From the NCBI GenBank assembly GCA_051294375.1, contig CM119266.1:13121972-13185971 (forward strand): 64,000 nucleotides of DNA, in the 5' to 3' direction. The notes beneath the pieces were generated by a model. That model saw only the letters and a list, made by a program, of their open reading frames with translations. It ran no database searches and was not told where the DNA came from. This document shows positions 55,015 through 64,000 of this stretch, piece after piece. The DNA is from Paraspadella gotoi. Lineage: Eukaryota; Animalia; Chaetognatha. The translations under genes and the position numbers were made by a program. Within the stretch, counting starts at the first letter, position 1. Each line of letters begins with the position of its first letter.

Positions 55015-56768
55015 AACGAGCGGATGAACGATTTGTGAAAAGAATATATATCGTGGTCTTACGTCGTAAAGCCTTGCGACTACAATGACTAAAATGACGC
55101 TTGGGAAATCCTAGACGAGTTACGATATCTTTCGGTCGCCCAAACACGGAAAATTGAAACGGTTGTGAGTAACTTTGTATCGTAACCAAAATTATTTAAA
55201 TTAGTAGGCCTTTCCACGTTGTTTTATTTATTTATTTATATTTTGTTTTTCAAAATATTCCGGCCCAAGGAATGATTGAGCGTCGACAAAGGACTTGACA
55301 GCCATTACTCCTGCCCGCATTTCGACTCTGCTGAAGATTCCCGAAAATTAAAATTGATTCCTCGATGAGTCGATCGATCCAGACTGTTTCTCTTTTTTTT
55401 CTATTACTTATACGTACCTTTTAGTTGTTTTTTTTTTTTTTTGCTTAAAGATCATAGGTCTTGTTGTTAACATTTTTTAAAATATAATTTTAGTAACGGA
55501 CTGAAAAATCAAACGAAGAACAAAAAAAAATGTCCTCCTGGTGGTGATATGAGAATTTAACTTTAAGCCAATGAACTATTTCACATCCATTTTGTTCGCA
55601 TGTCTGTATTTTTGTCCGTCTCTTGTCCCTCGTGAAAAATTAGCGCCTCTATGATCCAACGTCACGTTGTAACCGGATCACGACGAGTCAAATTTCTCTG
55701 CCTGTCGATTCGCTAACAGAAGGAAAGGAAATCGGGAGGAAAAATGTCATTGCCCCGCGATAGTTCGTTCGTTCTTATACGTTTATTTCGAAAGTGCGAC
55801 TTCTTCTGCACTGTAATTTTACAAACATTTGCAGAATGTGCGACGACGTAGTATATTCGAAAAAGAAACTCACTTTTATACTATATTTCTATTTTTAAAA
55901 ATAAAAACTAAGAACAAAGCACGAGACTCTAATCGGTATTTTCAACATCTCCCGAGGCCAAAGGGGTCAAAAGGTCATTTAGACGCGGGCGAACGTAAAA
56001 CCTTTTCCTCTTTCTGCTCTGACGCATTCCTCTCGCGCCGTGCCACCTTTTTTTTTCGTCCGCGCGTTGCCAGAGTACCACTTTTTTCTCTCTTTTTGGT
56101 GCGATTGCAATTTGCAGTTTTGCTTTTCATTTTTCTTTGTCGAGGCGCAGCCATTTTCTTTTTCGGTTGGATTATACGTTTTCGTATATTGCCAACTTTT
56201 CGATTTTACCTCTGCTCCAGCTATTTTTTTCTTCGAGGCGATCCTGGCGGTTTTTCTTTCCTCTTGATTGTGATATCAGCTTTTCCTCTTCGCGGTGCCA
56301 TCTTTTTCTTTTCTCTTTGCATTGCCATCCATTATTCTATTATTATTTTCCATTTTTTATTCAACGTCCCTGAACCATATGCTTTTTATCGTTGTGATGT
56401 AATTTACATTGCAGTGGCATCCTCGTCGTGCCACCATTTTCAATTTTAGTCGCGGTGCCATCTTTTTCTATCTTATTCGCAGTGCCACCTTTTTCTCCAT
56501 CTTTCCCTCACGCGGCGCCGTATCGAATTCTCTCCATGTCGTCTTCATTACTTCTTCCTTTGTCGCCGTCGATTCCAGGAACAAAAGGGAATCGAATGGA
56601 TAAGTAAAAACGAGAACAAAAGAGCAAAGGGGCGGACAAAGAGCGAACGAGAAGCGCGACGAACAAAAGTCGAACGGGGAACGCAACGAACAAAAAGCAA
56701 AAAGCGAGTCGCGACAACGGAAACGTTGAGGAATGTGGGTCACAGAATCGCGGAGCTTATTTGCTGCG

Positions 56769-56928
<160 letters not shown>

Positions 56929-57285
56929 GAATCATAAATGATCCGTCATCCGTTCCATTGTAAAGGACGCGACTCTGCGAGGACCCATCCCCGAAATTCG
57001 GCCTCTAAGGCTAATCCTAGAAATGTGGGGCGCCTCAGCCTGATCCTTCAGCAGTAACGTTCGCGAAATTCGATTCACGCATTTGTTTCCCGCGGGATCG
57101 TCCAACCTTAATTGTCTCTCTATCCCGCGAGTTTAAAGAGTTCGTTTGTAATGTAATGAACAAAGTCTTTCATCAGAAGATATCCTCTTTTTTTTATCAT
57201 GCAAGTTCAATCAAAGCTTTTTAATTGTTATCTCCCACTTATTTTGCGTTCGTAGCCGATATTTCCATATCTTTCTCTCTCTTTA

Positions 57286-57323
<38 letters not shown>

Positions 57324-57340
57324 GCTCAATTCCTTTAACA

Positions 57341-57528
57341 CTATCTGTCCGTCCCCCTCTGTTCCACACTTTTCTCCTCCTCTTCAAGCTTAGCCTCCTT
57401 TTCATCCTCCTCTTCATCCTCCTTCTCATCTTCCTCTTCATCCTCCTCTTCATCCTCCTCCTCATTTTCCTCCTCTCCATTCGTGACGTCACTTTTTCTG
57501 TTCCTTCGACAAACGGATGTGAAGTCTC
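57341..57528 (-). CDS. Possible terminal exon with a Glu/Asp-rich 12-bp repeat
   Basis: Frame reads RKSDVTNGEEENEEEDEEEDEEEDEKEDEEEDEKEAKLEEEEKSVEQRGTDR-stop. No partner exons established. Confidence 0.3.
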
Positions 57529-57676
57529 AGCTCGAAATGAACCGATTTTACAAAAAAAATAAAAAAATTAAAAAAGCTTTTTAATAAAAATAAAAACCGC
57601 AAAAGAAAGAAAGAAAATTTAATGCTAAATAAAGTTTAGATGGGAAATATAATCGCTCCTTTGCCAAGACGGAATA

Positions 57677-57783
<107 letters not shown>

Positions 57784-58177
57784 CCCGCCTTGATTCACGA
57801 GGCCTAAAAATAAGGGAGGCAAGGAATGCGCTTCTCTCTCTTTCTTTCACGACGTCACTTCCGTGAAAAAGTCTCGTCTCGGATTCTATTTTCTTTCCCT
57901 TTTTTTTTTTGGGCGTCGGTGATTCATTTTTCGTCTGAGTCGATTCGGCTAACTCGATCGGGGGAGGGGAGAAGGCGGGAAGACGTGGGGGTGGAAGCGT
58001 GGTGGAGTTAAGGGGGAGGTAGAAAGGGAGGAGAAAAAGAAAAACGGGCTCGAGAACGAAAGTGGTTGATTAAGACCGAAGAGAGACTAAAGTAAGAAGG
58101 ATTTAAAAATTAATCGAATTAATTTAGATTAATATAACAATTTTTGTTTTGTTTTGGACGATCTATAATAAAAAAGG

Positions 58178-58620
58178 TTAAAATGAATTCGAGTCAAAAT
58201 CCGTGGATAAAACATTGGAACCAGCATCCATCGTTTTTGTTCTCGAATCTTCGAATCGCAGCGGATCTTTGTGGCTTAAAAGACGAAGCCTCAAATGCGT
58301 CGAATCGAAGCTTTTGGCGGGAAAAGGGAGGAAAGGGTGCCGCCAGGTGTCGGTTGTCAGTGTCGGAATGGCGGGGGTGTTTAAAGGAAATAGTCGACAA
58401 CACTGCGGGGGTGGAACGATTTTAAAAGAATTAAACAGATGCCATTGAAATGAGGAAAGTCTGAAAGGCCGAGAGGCCGAGAGAGGGCGTTGCCCGATAG
58501 AAAAAGGAGCGTCTGGATAATTTGGAAGAACGAGAGAAGGAGCGAGGGCGGAGCGAAACCGGCGGAGAGATGACGACGACGATAAAGTCGACGACGACGC
58601 CGACGACGCAGATCCAGACT
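58178..58620 (-). CDS. Possible Ser/Pro-rich exon, unknown product
   Basis: About 145 codons without a stop (SGSASSASSSTLSSSSSLRRFRSALAP..) downstream of a pyrimidine tract and AG. Confidence 0.3.
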
Positions 58621-60559
58621 TACTTAAAAAAATGAGAATCTTAATTCATTTTTTTTTTACAAACAAAACAATAGCGAACTACTAATCCCCTATCTCGCGG
58701 ATATTAATCTCTCATTAAAGTCCAACAAACACAACGAAGACGGAACACTTCGGCCGATGGAAAAACAAACGACGGCGATAAAATAACCAAAGGCAATAAA
58801 AAATTCAACAAAACAAAGGGAAACAAAACAAGTTTAGCGTCGACGGGGAGAAGTGAAAAAGAAACAACCAGAAAAAAAAAGAAGAAAAAAAAAAGGAGTG
58901 TCAGCAGACCATCTGTCATGAACAAAAATAATACCCGAACTTAAAAAATATAATTAGAGGTCGGATTTTTGTCTCCGTTGTTTCGTCGACCCCGGAATTG
59001 CCCTCGGTGTCAACGACCGGCTCGTCCTGGCTCTCGATCGACGTCGTTGTCGTCGTCGTCGTCGTCATCTTCATCTTGCCGTTCGTATAATCTTCGTCAT
59101 CGACTTTTAACTTTCCTTCCTTGTCTTCAAGGTTGCGTTTTACTACAAAAGTCATGGTTATCATCTTAACTGAGGTCATCGTCAGTAGCATCATCGTCAT
59201 TAACATCGTCATCGTCATCATCATCATCATCATCATCATCCTCGATCCATCTCATTCCTTATTCCCGACCGCTTAATGAATTTTTATTCTCTTTCGGCTG
59301 ATTTTCTTTTCACGCCCTTTCTTCCCTCAGGGACTCCCGATCGTCGCCTGCCTGGCGGGGGCGTTTTTTTTTTTTTTTAGATCAGACTAAAATTAATAGC
59401 ACGAATCCGTCATTTAATTTTTTTTGTCAGTAGTTTTGTTTAGATACATATTGTCTTTTTTTAACTTATTGAATTGAACGGGAAAATTCAACGGTTCTCA
59501 AAAAAAAAAAAAAAAAAACCCAAAACTGAACTCGAAACTGATTCTGACCCAAATCCCCTACTTAAGCCTTCCTTTCCCGTTCTAAACGACCAAATTGAAT
59601 TTCCTAGTTGTTGCGGCGCGGTGCGTGCCCGCGTAGCGCGGCTTGGCGCGGCGTCGCGAGGCGTCTGCGTTTTCGCCCTCGTTTCCGTTGGGAGTCACAG
59701 TCTCGCAAAGGGTTTCATTTTACGGCTCGACGCTCTCTTGAAATCCCCACGAGGGACGCCGGGCGGCGCCGTATCGAAAGAGAATTCCACATCGAACTCG
59801 TTGGCGTCGTAGCGACGATAAAGGAATCAGTGACGCTTGGGAGGATGGAACTTGAGGCAATGGCACCTGAGACGATGCGTCGGAAGCAATGGCGCTTGGG
59901 ACGTTGATGCCAGATACAATAACACCTGGGACGACGAGGATGGACGCAATGCTCGCTATATAGCACCTAGGATAATATGGAAGCATCGGCGTCTCGGATG
60001 GGCACTGGGAAGCGATAGGGAATATGGCACTGGAATGAAACTCTCAAAAGCGAAGATTGACGATTGACGAGATGTTAATTATGTCTTTTCCGTCGGCGCT
60101 GCAACGCAACTGAACAGCAACGCAACGGAACTACAACGGCACTGTGTCTCAAAACGACGCCATCTTTTTTGTTTGTTTTTTCCCCATTTCTATAAATAGA
60201 TCGCCTCAACTGCGTCGACAACGCGGAAAATTGTTTCTTTTTTTTTTCGACGAAACTTTCTTTTTTCCTAAAATAGCATAAATTATCATACCTAAGAAAG
60301 CTACGAACTACGAATTGGAGTTAGACGGTGTATTCTGTTACGTTTGTTTTTTTTATCTTTAAAGACTTTTTATAAGTAATTTATTAAAATAATGATTGAC
60401 AAATGAGATGACTGAATCTTTTGATCCCTTATTTTACCAGAGATTTTAATTTTCTCGTCGGGGAAGTCTTGGCCGAAAAATTGGAATTAAACCCGAAGAG
60501 ATCGAGTAGAGATTCGAGATGATACAAAAAACTTGTCAAAAGCTCTTTTTTTCTTCCTC

Positions 60560-60596
<37 letters not shown>

Positions 60597-60600
60597 CTCT

Positions 60601-60639
<39 letters not shown>

Positions 60640-60672
60640 TATCTCCTCTCTCTCTCTCTCCTCTCTCCTCTC

Positions 60673-60718
<46 letters not shown>

Positions 60719-60808
60719 ACTCCAGCGCGCCGCCCCGCGGTTCCTGCTCCGTCGAACGCTGCTTTGTATCGCGGGCGGCGTATTATTCTTATTAACCATT
60801 CAAGTCGA

Positions 60809-60908
<100 letters not shown>

Positions 60909-61385
60909 GGGCGCAGCCTAGCGAGTTTTGTGTCCTGCCCTGACGACGGACGTTTTCTTTCGTTTCTCCGTGTTTTTTACTTTTATTTTTATCCCGTCAA
61001 ATGTTTTTTATAACTATTTTATTTTTTTTTTTATCCCTATAAATTTTATTTTCGTCCTCGTTATTAAGGCAGTACTAGAAAAGATCGCCAAAAAAGATTT
61101 TCGTAATACATTTTCTGGTTGACCAAAGGAAAAGTAACGTCGAAAAAAAAATTAATAAAAACAATAAATAAATAATAAATAAATAATTAAATTAACTGAA
61201 AAAACTGACTCGTCATCAAACCCGATGCTGACAGGATCGTAAAATTGGCTCGGAATTAACCGTCGTAGCCAATTCTCATCAACCGGGTTCTCTCTCTCTC
61301 CTCTTTCTCTCTTTCTCATTCCTGCCTTTGTTTTGAACTGCACATAAAAAATCGACAAACATTCTCTCTCTCTCGTCTCTCTCTC

Positions 61386-61448
<63 letters not shown>

Positions 61449-61657
61449 TCTATCTTTGACCACGGTTTCTCCTCCACTCTAATCCAAGGCTCTTCCATCG
61501 CGCCTTTTCTGGACTCGTCCACGTTTTCGTCATCATCGTTCTGCGGTCGTCGTCGTCGTCGTCCACGTTTGTTGTCGTCGTCCGCCGAGAGATTTTTCTC
61601 ATTTTTTATCTTTCTCTGCTGTTTTATGATCGCGGTGTTTTATTTGTAGTTCATTAT

Positions 61658-61738
<81 letters not shown>

Positions 61739-62296
61739 AGAGAGAGAAAAAAACATACCAGTCCAGAGAAAACATAAGAACACACACAAGCAAAAAAAAA
61801 AAAAAAAAACAGAAAGAAATAAAAAAACGAACCATAGAAGTAAACTCGGCCAGAGCGAAAATTCTGCCTGCGATCCTCTCATTGGATTTCTCGGTTTTAT
61901 AATGAGTCGGAATAAAACCGGCTTCATTTTACGGCGCGGCGTCGTTTTCTGGCGGCGTCGTTTCCCTTTTGCCGTTGGTTATTAGGCGCCATTCCGAAAA
62001 CGGCTTCGGGAGAAATTAGAAATTCCGAGTCGATTTCTTCGTCAAGTTCATCGACATCGTCGTCGTCGTCATCGTTTTTCGTCACGTGACCCACCAAATT
62101 AACTGGTTTTAGGTCCCCTGCTTTCGAGGGAGTTTCGCGGACAGAGAATTTCGAGTTAAGAGTCGAAAAAGTCCGAAACCAGTTTTTTTTTCGTAATTAT
62201 TATCGTTCTCACACACGCAGCCGAACACACACTCAGGAAAAAAAGTATTCTTGTGGTTGTCTTGCTTTTTGCAGAACTGAGAAAATGAATCTGACT

Positions 62297-62413
<117 letters not shown>

Positions 62414-64000
62414 ACACAGACTCAGACACACATAAAAACTAATTTCTTTTTTCAGCTTCCGTTTTTCATTCGTATTTTGTTTTCACTTTTCATGTCATGC
62501 TAATTCCGAAGAGGACAACCGCAGAGACAGAATTTCAAATTCGATCGTTTGAAAAAAAAAAGAAAAGAAAAAATAAACTAAAACAAAACCAAAAAACTCT
62601 GTCAAGTTTTTTTGGTTTTTTTTCGAAAAGTGAACCATATTATTTGTTTCCCTTTTTTTTCTTTGAAAAGGCATTTAATTAACGACTTCTAAAGACGAGC
62701 ACCTTATTACGCCCATATCATCCACGAGCGTCTGCCAAAGGAAAAAAAAAGCCTCGTTTTTCTTTACGCGTTACTTTTTTTTTCAAAAGGCAAAAAAAAA
62801 AAACAAAAAAAAACTCCTTTCTCATTTCTTTTCTCGCTTTATATTTCCTTTGGGTTTTTCATGTTGGCTTTTTTTTCTCTCTATCCTTTGTTCTTTCGAT
62901 CATTGCTCGGCGTTCTTTGCTTTTCAAAGGCGTAGTGACCTTTTCCCGTGACCCCACGTGATTTCTTTTTTCTTTCTTTCCAAAAAAAAATTAAGGATCG
63001 AGAAAAAAAAGAAGAAAAAAAAAGGTATCTCTGCCAATTTGTCGCATACGTATAAATTTGGAAGCTTAATCTTTTTCAACTTTGACGAGGAGAAAGAGAG
63101 TTCTAAAGCTGCGTTATTTTTTATGCCTTCGCTGAGCTGCCTCGTTTCTCGGCAAGCTTTTTTTTTCTCAGACGGACAAGGCCTGGGGATTCAATTTCTC
63201 TTCACGAAAAATAATCAGAGCGCGGAGATTGCTGTTGCCCTTTTGTTTATTTTCTATTTAGTTCAAACTTTGAGTTTTGACGCCTTGCAAAGATAAGTCA
63301 CGGAGAGACATTACGATAAGTTTATAAATTGTTTCTAATGTCAAGAGCTGCTGGTACTTAATATTAGAGTAATCGCAACTAAAGCTAGAAAAAAAAAGTG
63401 ACTTTGATGCTTCGGTTTTTTTTAATTTAAAGTAAACTAAGCACTAAGCAGCTTTGTTTTTAACAAATACAAGATGGCTACTTTAGCCTCTACAATTTTT
63501 TGGAGTTTTATCTGTTCTCGTTCTTTCAGTTCTCGTCCTACTGAAATAACTCCGATTAACCGTCGTCCCCCCCCCCACTTTTCCCTTGATTTATCACCGA
63601 ATTACGAAGGAAAAAATTAATATCGCGGATCCCCGTGGCGGCGGCGGCTGCGGTGACGGCGGCGGCTGCGGCTGCGGCGGCTGCGGCTCACGTTCGACGA
63701 ACGTAAACAAAAGAAGGAAGATAACGACGGCTTCTTTGTTTACCCAGTCACCGATACCGTAACGACGGTTGTGGGTGAATGCGGATCTAGGGTAGAAAAT
63801 TGTGGTGTGGGTGCGCGGGGTTTGGTCGTTTGTGGATTCTTGTTTGTAATAGTTGTAGTCAATTATATTAATTCTTTTCAAGGATTTTTTCCCAGCGATA
63901 ACCTTTTTAACCCGGAATTTTATACAGAATTGCTCACGTTCCGTACTTTTCTTTTATATACAAAGAAACATAGTACTAATAATTTTCATTGTATTTTATA

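Overview
AT-rich eukaryotic draft sequence, probably an invertebrate animal (inference). It has GT-AG introns, the standard code, dense (GA/CT)n microsatellites and six N-gaps. Positions ~1.4-29.6 kb are three partly overlapping, indel-riddled copies of one ~11-12 kb locus. Two copies form a 14.6 kb quasi-palindrome, which is most likely a long-read gap-filling or haplotype artefact. Two copies carry a private insertion: a hAT-like transposon end at 9145 and a 5'-truncated LINE RT inside a (CT)n tract at 15205. From 30 to 55 kb the sequence is clean, and I assembled phase-consistent gene models by hand. They are tRNA-Gly(TCC), a 7-exon secreted protein with ~36% His, TMEM86/YhhN, a divergent type II PI4-kinase with a GC-AG intron, a membrane protein with an insertion-split kringle-like domain, a TRAIP-like RING-H2 protein, a small Cys-rich putative GPI-anchored protein and a highly divergent G-alpha. 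The last 9 kb is noisy, with only low-complexity coding remnants. No searches were run; family calls rest on recalled motifs.
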